DNA of 63,529 nucleotides, the filler included, from Pelomyxa schiedti (taxonomy: Eukaryota; Protista; Evosea): assembly GCA_020536535.1 (NCBI GenBank). It is 4 parts of 4 records of this genome, joined end to end, with 100 filler letters (N's around TTAATTAATTAA, not from the genome) between each part and the next. Parts side by side here need not be neighbours in the genome. Positions count along the whole stretch, not along the records: positions 30,806 to 60,442 come from JAHLWZ010000704.1; 3 more parts are not named here. One strand, written 5' to 3'. This document shows positions 42,980-55,922 of this stretch, piece after piece. Within the stretch, counting starts at the first letter, position 1; every line of letters begins with the position of its first letter. Under the pieces are notes generated by a model. That model did no database searches. It was not told the DNA's origin and worked only from the letters and a program-made list of their open reading frames with translations. Position numbers and translations under genes: made by a program.

Positions 42980-44630
42980 GGGAATGATGTGGAATAGAAC
43001 AAAGAAGAAATACTTCGTACTATGCAGATGATATTCAAGATGGCCCTTCGGCAAAATCTTCCTCATGAGTGCTATTTCCATAACTAGGAGGCAGCTTCCT
43101 TCTGTTTATGATCCCAAGATGTGGGCAGTAGGATGTAGGCCAAGCAAGGAACTTGAATCGGTGTTGTAGGTCTCATGCAGCGATTTTTCGAGAATTGCTG
43201 CAATGCAAATACAATTCCTGATGAGGCTGAAGAACATATCCAGCAACCTATGTGCGCAAATGCTTGCAGTTGTGAATGACTTGTGCCCAGTCATTTCATC
43301 TCCTTGATTGGAACCAGCTTCAGGTGTGGGTAGGGGAAGAATACCTCCAGCTGGGGTGATGAGGAAGCTTATTCACTCGTTTTTTCAACCCTTCTGAGTT
43401 TATGGACTAGGAAATGATCTTTAACACAAAGTAAGTTTCTCTAAACAAGTGTGATGTAACAGTCTGCAGATGGTGACTATGTTCTTATATGCGGATCTCG
43501 GTTCCAGGGTGGGCACCTTATCAGACCTTAGCATCCTAGGGTGTTGTGCTGCAACAACAATGTGAATCCCATGCTGGATGAAATATGCAGATTTATGAAG
43601 CAAGATGACTCTATTGAGACAGATACCCCTAACTGTGCTAGATCACAGAAATTTTCCAAGGTTTATTTCATACTATTTCACAAGCCTTCTTACATGCTTT
43701 CAGTGCATTCAAATAGCAGAACTTAAAGATATGATTGCCACTGTGACTAGTGTTGGTGATGGTGGCAAAGTTAATGTGCAGGCCCACGCCAATGAAACCG
43801 TTATGAACCTGCAGTTTGAACCAGATGACTTGCTGAAAGTATTTAAGGTAAAACTTGGTTTTTTTGTTTTCGATTTAACCTATGCAAGTGTGGAGACCAC
43901 TCTGTTTCTGTGGGAGATTTAGTTCCAGTAAGTATTTTATTCATTTGATATTTCCATTCACAATCCTACAGGTTGTTGACGGACCACAAAAAGGCAAATC
44001 TCCCAATTGTTTTGCTTCTGAAACGCGGCAATTTCGTTGCTAAAGCAAACACCTTGGTAATTGTGGGAGGAGCAAAGTCCTATCAGCAGGCTCGACTGTG
44101 TGCCTAACAAAAGTACCCCGATTCTAGTGAACTTCTCACTAATGGCAAAAAAGGTTCGTTTTGATTTCTTTTCATAAGATTTGGACAGGTCACATTTCTG
44201 AAGTTGATGCTCACAACTCCCTTTGTCCCTCTGCCTCAAGCATCAACTGTATTATTTTCCCTTGATACTATTCCCAGCATTAACTCCTGGACAGGAGCTT
44301 CTTCCATGCCTCTCTGATACTTGATTACTGGGGGCATTAAAGTTCAAGCAGCTCCAGTTTTACAGTTGATACTTCCATCCCTGCACCCACAAATGCACCG
44401 TACACTCCTAGCTCCAACACTCCCAGCACCATCCAAATACCATCACTACCCCCCATCAGACATACCTCAGCCACAGGTGTCTACACACCCTACTTCTCTC
44501 CAAACCAGTGATCCCTCACACTGCAACAACAAACCCCATGTGATAGGCACCCTCAGCTTATTTCCACCACCCTTTATTAACAGGATTGCCCATCTTGACC
44601 TTCCTCAGAAAACCCATCCACCTATTTCAT
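42980..44630 (+). pseudogene. SPT5: Decayed SPT5 (DSIF elongation factor) copy
   Basis: NGN start LPSVYDPKMWAVGC..LMQRF (frameshifted); KOW-like GDYVLI and NVNPMLDEICRF; ELKDMIATVTSVGDG..LQFEPDDLLKVFK; VVDGPQKG; T/P-rich tail; stops and frameshifts between pieces. Confidence 0.65.
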
Positions 44631-44911
44631 AAGGAAGTGTGGTAACACTGTTTCATGTTACACTACACCAAGCAACAAAAAGGCACCAACATTGCAACCC
44701 ATAAGTATGACCAGGGAAAAAAACAACCCTTTTTAATACACCATCAGCAAAGAAATTTGCCCTCCAAGGCCCAGTAATGGTTGCAATGAACATTGCACTG
44801 TTCTGATGTAAGACCACATCTTTGGCTTTCAAACAATGTCTCAATGACTCTTGACCATTATTTGGCCTAAAAAACCTCTTAAAAGAAAAAAGTGGTTTTT
44901 GCACCTGCAAA

Positions 44912-45238
44912 AACACAAGCGACAAAAAACGCAAAAACTGGACGGCTGAGGGCCAAAGCGAAAGGTGGAAAGTGCAGCTGACCCAAAGGGGTTGGCTGCC
45001 GCGGGGCAAGTTCTCCTGGACCAGCGGCAGATTCGTCGCTTTTTGGTCGCCAAGGTTGGAAGGAAGAGGAAGCCAAAGAGTACTTGATTGCGCAGGTAGG
45101 TATAGGTAACACAAGCGACAAAAAACGCAAAAACTGGACGGCTGAGGGCCAAAGCGAAAGGTGGAAAGTGCAGCTGACCCAAAGGGGTTGGCTGCCGCGG
45201 GGCAAGTTCTCCTGGACCAGCGGCAGATTCGTCGCTTT
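44912..45238. repeat. Direct repeat, two apparently identical ~131-bp copies, period 196 bp
   Basis: 44912-45042 matches 45108-45238. Confidence 0.9.
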
Positions 45239-45504
45239 GTGGCTGCCAAGCTGGACCATGTTATGTGAACAAGAAGGAATGTGGAAAAGTTTATGGGAGT
45301 TGAAGAAGAAACTGATCATCCCATAATGACCGCAACACACGGAGGAGATTACTACCTTGGTCACCTGCCACTTGGTTGTTCGGAGTGACTGGTTAATTGA
45401 CCTTTTCCAAGATCTGAACAACGAATTGTTTGGTTTTTTAATCACTCATCAACAAGTTTTTTTATTGTTTTTTTTATAAATTACTACGGCAAGTACGCGG
45501 GCGG

Positions 45505-48197
45505 ATGTTGGAGCATTTCAGTATATTTACCAAGTCTGGGATTGTGTTGTGGTCGAGATCTTGGGCTCCGTTGAAGCCGATAAGATCCGACGACGGCGGC
45601 GAGTTTGCGGTCGGACCAATAGAGGCCCTCATAGCATCTGTGTTACTGCCTGTACGTTCACCTTCTTTCCTTGTGGTTATTGCGGTTTTGGTTTTTTACT
45701 TGGTTTTTAACAAAAACCTCTGTGCAATGATTTTTTTTAAATCACTGTAGGAACGAGCTGGAGATACGTCATATAACGTAGGACCTTATGCCCTGAAGTG
45801 GTCCTTGCAAAATGACCTTCGTTTGGTTTTCGTTGCGGTATACCAGAAGGTGTTCCCTCTTTTGTTCGTGGACGAGCTGCTTGAGAGGGTGAAGGAGCAG
45901 TTCTCCAAATTGTTCTTGGAGTGCGTGAGTGCACCGAGGAGGTTTCTACCCCTTCCCTTCCCTGTTCTGCACTTAACACTTTTGCTTTTCTCTTTACTTT
46001 GAAGGCAAGGATACTCTCAATTTGATGCAAAATTTACCCACATTTACGAAATTGCTGAGGCTATGGCACAGCAAGAGCACACCAGGCCCAAATTGCAGCA
46101 GCACCCTTATCCAGGCAAAGATTTCCGAAATACTGGAGCTAAAGCTAGCAAGACCAGTATGAGCTCGCTTTGTTTTACTGAGTATTTAAACATTTTCATT
46201 TAGCATCCACAGAAGGAGCCAGTTCTGGCACAGACAGTAGCAGCAACGAGACAAGTGCGAGTGCCAGCAGCAACACTAATGGGGGAAGTGATGATCCAGA
46301 TAAAACAGATGTAATCCCCACACTGGAACAGCAACCCCAACCATCAACGGCGGCACCCACAAGCGCAGCAGAGATTAGGAAGCGCAACGTGGAAGCAATA
46401 AAGAAAGGACAACAGGCGGCTGCTTCTGTGTCCCCTGAGACGGCCAAGCTGGCCAAATTGATGGGTATTGTTCCTTGTATTACAATATTGTTCACTCCTC
46501 TCCAGCTCCGTCCGCACCAAGAGGCAAAGGACCAAAAAAATATGTTCCCAAGGGGGGGAAGTTGTAAGTCAATTGTCACATACTTTTAGGAGGGGGACAT
46601 AACCTAATAAAAATAGGGCTCCCATATCAGTAAGTACCACAAAGAAACCAAGAAAATGGGAGGACCAACACGAAGAAGGTGAATTTGACATTCAAAAAAT
46701 TATAAGTTCAAAGGCTCCTGCAGGGACTGGGGTCTGTGCATATGAATATCTCTACTTTCTTACAAATTATCTAGACCTCAACAACTACAACTACAACAAC
46801 GGCTGCCGTAGAAACTGTGGATGTCAGTGCAATGGCATACAACATGGATCTTGACACACCAGAAAGTGATGGTGAAGAAGAAACAGAGGAAGCACCTTCA
46901 CCAACTAAAAAGACCGGTGGTGTATGGGGGTTCTTGACCTCTCTGACAACGGCCAAGGCATCACCTACCCAATTTTTAGTTTCCAGTGACGTTTTGTACA
47001 GGTTCTGACCGACGCCGATATTCAGCCAGTGCTGGTGAAATTCCAAGAACATCTGCGCAGTAAAAACGTTGCAAATGAAGTTTCACAGAAACTTTGTGAA
47101 TCTGTAGCTGCTTCTCTTGTTGGCCAGAAAATTGGCACATTTCAGGGTCCACATCTTTTTTTTACTCTCTTAAAACTTATCACTCTCCTTCAGGAGTTTA
47201 CAGTACAGTAAAACAAAGCCTCAGCGAGGCCCTCACGAGAATTCTTACACCAAAACGGCGCATTGACATACTCCAAGATATAGATGCACACAAGAAGGCA
47301 ACTGGTGGGGCTCCCTATGTGATGATGTAAGACTGAGCTTCTTCACCACACTTCCTGATACTCCACAGATTCATGGGAGTTAATGGAGTCGGCAAATCTA
47401 CAAATCTCGCTAAAATTGGGTCATGGCTGAAGCACATTGGTAAAAATGTGATGTTTGCAGCCTGTGATACATTTCGCTGTGGAGCTGTAGAACAACTCAA
47501 AGTTCACAGCAACAGGCTCCAGATTCCTTTATTTGAACAAGGATATGGTACAGTCAAACAATGTAGTATTATCTCATTGAATAAAAGGTAAGGATGATGC
47601 GAATCTCGCACGTCAGGCAATAATTCAAGGTAACCCGATCGGCTTCATGTTAAAAGCATTCACAAAATAAAAAGCCCAGAGCCAAGGCATGGATGTTGTA
47701 CTTATTGACACAGCGGGAAGAATGGAGGATAATGAAAACCTAATGCGCGGCATTTCTAAGGTACTTTTCCTTTTCAAATATTTTACCGGTACTCACTTGT
47801 AATAGCTCGTAAACACAGTCGAGCCTAACTTAGTCCTCTTTGTTGGGGAAGCCCTTGTTGGAAATTCCGGGGTTCATCAGCTTGTCAAGTTCAATGAAGG
47901 TTTGTTACTTTCCAGACTCACAATCAGTAATACTAATCTCTTTTAGCTCTGTCCGACTTCGCCGGAGTTCCCCACCCGCGCCTCATCGATGGAATTATTT
48001 TAACCAAGTTCGATACCATTGATGACAAGGTAAACACTTCCCACAAATGAAACTTCATCAACCACCACCAGGTTGGAGCCGCAATATCCATGGTTTATTC
48101 CACCGGTGTTCCCATTGTATTCCTTGGTACCGGGCAGCACTACAACGACCTCAAAGTACTCAACGTAGCTGCCATTGTGCACACTCTCCTCAGGTGA
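45505..48197 (+). CDS. SRPRA: Signal recognition particle receptor alpha subunit, multi-exon
   Basis: [19 protein letters not shown]; [49 protein letters not shown]. Confidence 0.95.
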
Positions 48198-48253
48198 TTG
48201 ATCCCCATCGTTGTTCCCCATCATCCTGATTTACCAAGCAAAAACAAAAAACA

Positions 48254-51212
48254 AATGGGCCATTTTATTCCATTATCTTCTTCGCTTTTCAAAAGAACAG
48301 CTACGAAACCGAAGCATACTACGTCGAATGCGGTGGACAGCGCAACGGACGCCGTCGCCGTCGTGCGGCGCGCCTCCTAGGGCTTCTTTTCCAACAACTA
48401 CGTGTTCGCTCGGATCGCGGTGTTCGCTTCCTTTTTGGGGGTGAGCCGAGCCGCCCGCTGGTGTACCGCCACAGTACAGTAGGTCCTCGAAACTGCGAGG
48501 GGCATCCTAAGGAAACTGGATTATGGGTGCACGTGGGCCACAATGTGTTCCTTTTTGAACGCCGAGGAGCAGGCGCGAAAAACCAGGGCGCCGGGCGAAG
48601 GTGCCGCGGAGGAGACGCTTACGATGCAAATTGTGGGTTGCCTGCTGGAATTCGGGCCGACCGTAGGAGGAATTCGGGTGCATGATAACACTATTTTTGA
48701 GTGCATGGGAAAGTGCCCTGATGAACAGTTGGTGAAGAAGATGTTGAAGCTGGCAGGCCACACAAAGTATGTTTGTATAAGCTCATTCAACTTCTGGGAG
48801 ATAGGAAATTAAAATTGAAAAAATTAAAATTAAAAATTAAAATCGGGCTGTACATAAGACTTATGCAACTAAAATAGAGTGCCTATGCACTGGTTGGCGA
48901 AGAATATGGCGCTAATTGACAGCACAATTTCGCTGGGTGTAGTGATCGATCCGAAGGCAGACACTGACCTTGCTAATCCCGATAGACACAACGAAAAAAT
49001 CCTTCACCTGAGAGTATTGCATTCAGTATTCTCGATCAGATTCGGCAAAGCAATAGAATCTCTTACGGAAGTGCCCAGTGGACAGCCGCAGCCAATGCTA
49101 TTTTGGATACAGTGAAAGTTTGCTTCTGGGACTCCATTGCTGACTGCTTATCCAAAGATCAAGGAGTCATACTCACATTTCTGCGTAAAAAAGTGGGATT
49201 TCCAGAGATAATATCCAAGGTTCTTGAACTTGAAACCTTTACAAGTACGTGAAACACCCAAGCCCCACCTTTGCCTAACTTAAACAATAGAGTCCCATTA
49301 CATTGGCTCGTGGGCTACAGCGGTTTGGCACCCACTGAGTTTTTCATATCGAAGGGAGTGAAGTACATCGAAAAAGCTATTTCCGATCTTGAGGCTGATG
49401 GCCGTTATGAGCGCATTACTGAGGCAATTGTCAAAAGAGTTCTATGTCAATTGCTGTCCATCAATAAAACGGACTTCTTCAACTACTTGGTTGAGATGTT
49501 CCCGGTCAAAACCAACTGGAGTTTTCTTGGAGCTTGCCACAACATAAAGATGGTGAGTTGATTTTGTCACAGTATCCAAGATGATTCTTATCTTGTCTTC
49601 CACAGTTCGAAGTTGTCAGTGCGCACATTGCCAAGCATGGATTTGATAGAGCACAAGAAGATCCTGAAACTTCTATACTGCAGCCAGTCACGACCAGGCC
49701 TTATTCAGGGCTATACTGAACTTACTTACTGCGGATGAGAGAAGTGAGATTGATTGGGAAGATATGTTCTTTGAAACAAAAGACCTTGAAGGGGCAAACA
49801 TCATATTGTCGGAATCTGGAATACTCCCAACAGACAAGAAGGTGAGAAAATTCATAAAGAAGTGTGTTGAAAGTGTTGATGGAAAGGACACTCCCGCTGG
49901 GCTTAAGTGCGTCACGTTCAGGAAGTGGTTTGTATCAGCAGTTACTTCCGGAACCGGCACCATTGGAGGATTCCTGTACGGCCATCAAAACCACTTGCCT
50001 CCTCTCGATTTCGCACTTGCAGTGGAAGACCTCGAGCTCACAAGGATGTTACTTGCTGCTGGGGTATCCCCAAATACCCTCCTAAGTACCGGACATGGCA
50101 ACCCCAGTCTCAAAACCCCATTGCGGAAAGTCAGAAAAAGTCCCAAACTGGTCGATTTCTGCAAGATTCTAGTTGACGCCGGATACCAACCACTCCTTGA
50201 ATTACCTCCCTTATATTTACCCTCTTAAACCAGGCGTCAGACCTGAATTATGCAATTAAACACCACAACTTAGAGTTGGTGAAAATACTTGCCCACAAGA
50301 AATCTGTCTGGCTTCCTGGCCAGGTGTGGGCTAATCCAATTTACAGTGCTCTACTGTGCAAGAATAGGCGGGTGACTATTTAGGTTTTAAAGGCAGCTGC
50401 TTCGATGCCAAACTTGCATTATTCTGTAGCAAACTGCCTGAACACATTTGTAAGTTCCACCCGCTCTTTGCTTTTTCTACACTACAATCTCACTCTCTGC
50501 AGGGTATGAAATGGCAGAAAAAAGAAGACCAAACTGCCCTGGGCCGAGCAATAAAGAGATATCAGGAAGAAACTGGGAACTCTCGCAGCTTCTCACTCAA
50601 ATTCCCAATATTGACCCGTTCAACTGCTGTGGGCACCTTTGTGGAGTAACGCTTGGTTATGTGGCACGTAGTGAAGAACTATCCAAGGCCCTCTTCCCAA
50701 AGGTCCCCGGCCCAATAATATTTGGATTTGTTTTGCCGGCAGTGCTTGAAGCTGTAAGGAACAACAATATCACGTTTCTCACGGCCGTTGCAGGTACATA
50801 TATTTCCAACTATATATCCCTTACACAATTCACAGAGGCCAGTGGCCCGGTGAAATTCCGGCAGTACATAGAGGCTCTGCCCATTGTTCCCAAGAAACTT
50901 ACACCTGAAATGGTCAGCTTCTTTGCCACCCGTGGCTGTTGCCCATCTTTCTCCGCCGCACCTAAAGCTAGTTCTACTTCTACTTCTGCCACTGCTGAAC
51001 CAGAGAGTGATAACTGTCTTGAAAAGTACTTCGAAAAGCTTCCCAAGGTGCGGGAGATCAGCCTGCAGCTTCCTGATTGGAATCCCTCCGATATCAATAA
51101 CAAGTCCGGTGCGGAGAGCAGTGGTTGCTCAGACACAGAATCCAAGTCGAAACCGGCGCCACAACACCAATCTGCATCAGGTGCAGGCTCCGACAGCAGC
51201 TCTAGTGAGTAA
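48254..51212 (+). CDS. Ankyrin-repeat-like protein, multi-exon, possibly defective; start uncertain
   Basis: PLDFALAVEDLELTRMLLAAGVSPN, LNYAIKHHNLELVKIL, PLHWLV; TAG near 48378 in the likely first-exon frame; lost splice donor near 50194. Confidence 0.5.
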
Positions 51213-51304
51213 CACCATAAAAACCGGAATGATTCTTTTTATTTTTTTGTACTAACACTAAGAAGGAAACTAAATTTTTTTCATTTAGACAACAACAAAG
51301 GGGA

Positions 51305-52906
51305 ATGACGGTTGGACTGCAGCAACAGCAAGAGCATATATTGTGGTTGGTGTCGTTGTTGTGCTGCGGAGCGTGCGTGGTCGTTGGGTTTGTGGTTGTG
51401 GTGGTGTGGAGGAAGAAGTATTCCTCGTGGACAAGGAACACACGGTTGGTGGAGGGGCTGTGGTATGACAAACACATCCGCGACAGAAGGCATGGCTTTT
51501 TTTTTTTGTTTGTTTTGTTTTGGTTAAACCTGGGTGGTGATGCCTGAATCCATCTGAGGGTTTTTTTTTTTTCCTAGTGTTGTACTTTTAATAAATACAT
51601 TTTCGTTATTGCTCTAGAGCTGCTGTAACCACCCTTTTTTTTATTATACAGGGTGTACGATGCCATGATGAAAGTGAATAGGGGCTATTTTGTCACGGGA
51701 CCTGACTCATTTGCAAATCAAGCTGTCTGTATAGGTAATTTTTATACAAAAGAATGGACTCAATGTCATTTTTCACACATAATCAAGGCTTCGGTGCAAC
51801 AATATGTGAACCAAGAGTGGTACTAATCTCCAGAGAATGGTCTCGTTCTCATTTGACTCCAGACTGCTATAGGGCTTGATGTTATTTCGGAAATAATAAG
51901 ACCCGGATCTACTGTATTGGAGCTGGGGTGTGGATGCGGCTATGTAACCGCAATTCTCTCGATTTTGGTATAACTCCGAGGCTCTTCTTTTCTTATGGAT
52001 TGAAGGTTGGCCCAACTGGACGGGTAGTGGCAGTGGAATCCGCATCTGGTTTAATCAAGCAATGCCAAGCTAATATTGCCAAGATTGATAGTAACCTCTT
52101 GAACCGTGTCATTTTCTTGGGTACCTATTATCGTCACCCGTAATTAATTCTAATCAGGCCAAAGTTTCCGATTCCAAGCTTGGCAGCCCAGTTCATGGGC
52201 CTTATAATGCAATTTATTCCTCTTCAGCCGTAGATAGTATCTCTAACTCCTCAATCTATGCTTTTTAAACTTCTTAATTCAGAAGTACCCCCCACTCTGG
52301 TGGAGCAACTTAAAGTTGGTGGCCGCCTTCTCATACATGTATACTCCCACTTGAGAAAGTAAATTTACATCTTCCTCAAACCATTCTANNNNNNNNNNNN
52401 NNNNNNNNNNNNNNNNNNNNNNNNNNNNNNNNNNNNNNNNNNNNNNNNNNNNNNNNNNNNNNNNNNNNNNNNNNNNNNNNNNNNNNNNAACTTCTTAATT
52501 CAGAAGTACCCCCCACTCTGGTGGAGCAACTTAAAGTTGGTGGCCGCCTTCTCATACATGTATACTCCCACTTGAGAAAGTAAATTTACATCTTCCTCAA
52601 ACCATTCTAGGTTGGACCGGAAACTGGTTTTCATCAGCTTATCCAGGTAATTCCTCATACAACAGCTATTCTTCAATCCCCTCACCAAAATAAAAGGTTG
52701 ATAAAAGGGAATCAGGGCTGGAACCGGCTATAAGAAGTCTCGGCAACGTCCGGTTTGTTCCAGTTGACAACGCCGGGGAGCAAGTCACATACAGCAAGAG
52801 CCTGAAGATGCCCATTGCACCCACATATGTACCAGCCCCGGACATGTCCCCTGAACAGCTCGAACAACTCAAGCAACAGCTCACAGAAAACAACCTCAAC
52901 ATCTAA
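51305..52906 (+). CDS. Protein-L-isoaspartate O-methyltransferase-like, with N-terminal TM anchor, multi-exon
   Basis: NTRLVEGL..RVYDAMMKVNRGYF, FGATI, IGAGCGCGYVT, VGPTGRVVAVE, GPYNAIY, LVEQLKVGGRL, VRFVPV. Confidence 0.8.
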
Positions 52907-53007
52907 GTCATCCAAAGCACCAAGAAATGAAATCAAACGAATTTGGTTCCAAACGAAAGTTTTCTGAAAACCAAATCCCATAACAGAAAGTTGTCAACAA
53001 GACGCAG

Positions 53008-54588
53008 ATGTATGACGAGGACTACGAAAGCGACGAGTCTGACCACGACAGCGACGACAGTGACGAGGATGGCGAACCGCATTCGCCGAGACCAAAAGTG
53101 AGCCGATCAACGGGCGGGGCAGCGGCCGCTGCAGCTTCGGCCCCGCCGTCGCCGCCACTGCCTTACCGTCCCACAATTGTGCCCCTGCCGCCGGGAATGT
53201 CGTGCACCACGTCCGCGTGCCACATTCGCGACCTGTTCCTTGCCCTGTTGATGTCCACGCACCCTCGTTGTGGCGGCTCCGAGACTTGCACTCTCAGGCC
53301 GTCGTTGATGACTGCGGCGACGTCGCCGTGCCTCCTATCCCACAATTCTGCTTCGGCCGCCTGCCGCACAAGTTGCACTACAACCGTAAACAGCCCCTGT
53401 CAGAGTAGTGCTCTGTGGAGTGCGTTGAGGGTGCTTTGGGGCTGGCTCGTCGACTTCCCATCATTGTTCATCTGCCTCAAGTTCGGGCCCAGGTCATTCA
53501 TTCCACACAACACCATGGTCACGTTTGGAATTTCGCCCCTCACTGGCTCAATCACTCATGACGTCAGCTGCTGGAACGACGGTAGGCCCACCTCGACCCT
53601 TGTCTCTGTAAACACCCACAGCGCCGTGTCCCTCTTCAGATCGCCGAGGGGCGTGGACACGTCCCGCATCGCAACGGGCGAGAGGCTGGGATTATGGGAG
53701 GAACCCACGCCCGCCACCCAGGTGGTGGCCACCGGCAAGTGGCTCTTGGCGTGCCTCGGAAGAGTGTCCCACCTGTCAGTCACTCCCACTTATGGGAGCG
53801 ACGCCGGGGCCAGGTGCCTTGTAGAAGTGCCCAGGGCAATGCCCCAGGCCTATCGCAGCAGTGACACCTTGGTGTCACTGTTCTTCAATCACGCTGTTCC
53901 TGATGAGGCTGTTCTTGTGTTGCTAGGTGATTCCTCACAGCGCAGGCACGGGCCGTATCTGGCCAATCTGAGGGTGATGGATGTGTCTAGGACCTGGGCA
54001 ACCAAGAAGTTCTGTGAGGTGAGTTCGACCACTTCCAAGTTTGGTGCTTCTAACTGTGAGATTGGATTCGGTGTGGTACTAAGGAAGCTGAGCGGGGCTC
54101 ACGTTTTTGTAACTATCCTTGATGATAGATACCAGTCTGGGGGGTCTGTTGTTGTGATTGAAGAAGGAACTGGCATACAGACCACTGTGGGCACTGGAAA
54201 TGATGATGAGGGTAGTGGCCTTACACTCGTTGACACCCTCTGTCAGCTCAGCAGTAGCCTGTTCTGTGTTGCAAAGCACAAATGCACCATCACAGCACCA
54301 CCTGGTGACCCAGGTTCCCTTTGTGTTATCCTTCCTGCAGTGAATGGGCCCACATGGTATGAGATATGGGACTGCAACAGCCGGGACTTCAGCAGGCCAC
54401 TGAGGACTGTGCAATGCCCAGTGGATTGCACCAGCATGTTTGCTGAGGGTGGATTTGTTTGCACTGTCACAAGGGGCTCATGGTCAGTTTCCTGCATGCA
54501 GGTCACTGACCCATCAGGGATTGTTGTTTTCTTGTTCAAGTATCCTACCAACCTCCTGGCACATGGTGTATTTTCTCTTCTGGTTTGA
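53008..54588 (+). CDS. RCG-motif family member 6, single exon, acidic N-terminal extension
   Basis: HIRDLFLALLMSTHPRCGG..LRVLWGW; QLSSSLFCV..EIWDCN..AEGGF..VTDPSG. Confidence 0.85.
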   Translation: MYDEDYESDESDHDSDDSDEDGEPHSPRPKVSRSTGGAAAAAASAPPSPPLPYRPTIVPLPPGMSCTTSACHIRDLFLALLMSTHPRCGGSETCTLRPSLMTAATSPCLLSHNSASAACRTSCTTTVNSPCQSSALWSALRVLWGWLVDFPSLFICLKFGPRSFIPHNTMVTFGISPLTGSITHDVSCWNDGRPTSTLVSVNTHSAVSLFRSPRGVDTSRIATGERLGLWEEPTPATQVVATGKWLLACLGRVSHLSVTPTYGSDAGARCLVEVPRAMPQAYRSSDTLVSLFFNHAVPDEAVLVLLGDSSQRRHGPYLANLRVMDVSRTWATKKFCEVSSTTSKFGASNCEIGFGVVLRKLSGAHVFVTILDDRYQSGGSVVVIEEGTGIQTTVGTGNDDEGSGLTLVDTLCQLSSSLFCVAKHKCTITAPPGDPGSLCVILPAVNGPTWYEIWDCNSRDFSRPLRTVQCPVDCTSMFAEGGFVCTVTRGSWSVSCMQVTDPSGIVVFLFKYPTNLLAHGVFSLLV

Positions 54589-54670
54589 GCTTCAAGAGAT
54601 TCTTTTCTGTCTAGTCCCTTTACTGTTTGACAACAACTGTATCAAGTTACAATAACTTTCGGGGGAAAAA

Positions 54671-55457
54671 ATGGGTATCACGTGGTCGACACCCGAGGCG
54701 ACGTCGTCACCCTCGGGTGCGAAATTCGTTTGTTGCGTCAACATCCTCATGTACTGGCGCGACCAGGTGACGTCTCTGATTATGGGAACACACCAGCGAT
54801 GCGGCAGTAAATCGCCAGTCTCGCTTGTTGCACTCCCAGTCCTGCTGTCAGTCCTCATTCGTGAATGGCTTGATGTCCCCGACCAGGTCACCACGTTGCA
54901 GCTATTTGGTGATGTTGAGAGGAACAGGGAGCGATCGCAGACTTCGCTGTGGGTCATTGCGAAATTTTCAAAGGCCACCCTGGGCGTGCTTGGCACGCCG
55001 TTGTGCGTTATGGGAGCCGAACTGCCAAAGGAGTGGGTTGTTGGGGCCAAGTATCTGTTCACTGATTCAAATCACAAATTGACTGTGGGATTGGGCAGGT
55101 GCAGTGTGTTACCCTGTGGATGGTGTGTCATACCCAAGCAAACTGTCATGCAATGACAGGTGGATCGTTCAGGCCAGGTTCCCCAAGGATTTGAAGATAA
55201 TCAGGATCCGAAATGGGATTCCTGAAGGTAAGTTGCTATGGGTGGATCGCGGTTCCTTTTCTGAGAGTGCATGGAACCTGTCAGCACCGCTCTATGTTAT
55301 TCCAGACACAGAGGGAGACGGAATTTTCCGTGGGGGAGAGTTGCTGCTTGTTTGCCCCACCTCTGGTGATGTAAAGTTGATACATGGCCCAAGTGGGTGC
55401 CTTCTCATGCAGATACAACCCACAAACTGTAAGGTGTTCATACTGGACAGTTTTTGA
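54671..55457 (+). pseudogene. RCG-motif family member 7, frameshifted and shortened
   Basis: WRDQVTSLIMGTHQRCGSKSP..LIREW; family CNDRW motif lies in another frame after ~55100. Confidence 0.65.
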
Positions 55458-55922
55458 TTGGTCAGGACTCGAAAACGACTTGAAATCGAGGTGAACGAAC
55501 TTAACAAACTTGTAAACTTACTGTCTGGTATGTTAGGTAGATTTCCGCGAACTTGATTTCCTAAGATGTCAGGTCCGAGTGCTGACTCAGCAGGTCAGTC
55601 TCCCAGTCTCGGCATTCGCGCTCGTGCTCGCAGAGAGTTTGCTTGTGTATTCTACAGAATCACACAGAACGTCTTCCTGATGGTGAAATTTTTCTTCTCT
55701 CAGAGGAGAGTGTGCTGGGCGATCCACTGTGGTTGGTTGGCCACATGCTTTGTACAGATCAGTCCAAAAGGGAAAAAATAGAAACTATTTTAGTTTTGTC
55801 AAACAACAAAAGAAGAGGAGCCATCATTGCTTTCTTTTTTACCCAAAGTATGAACCCCCACGTATGAGCCACCACTTATCTGATTCGAACCTGTTGAAGA
55901 TGGAGTTACAACACAGAAACAG

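Noticed and set aside
55566-55920. Short plus-strand ORF pieces (MSGPSADS..)
   Set aside because: Cannot build a consistent spliced model or assign a family
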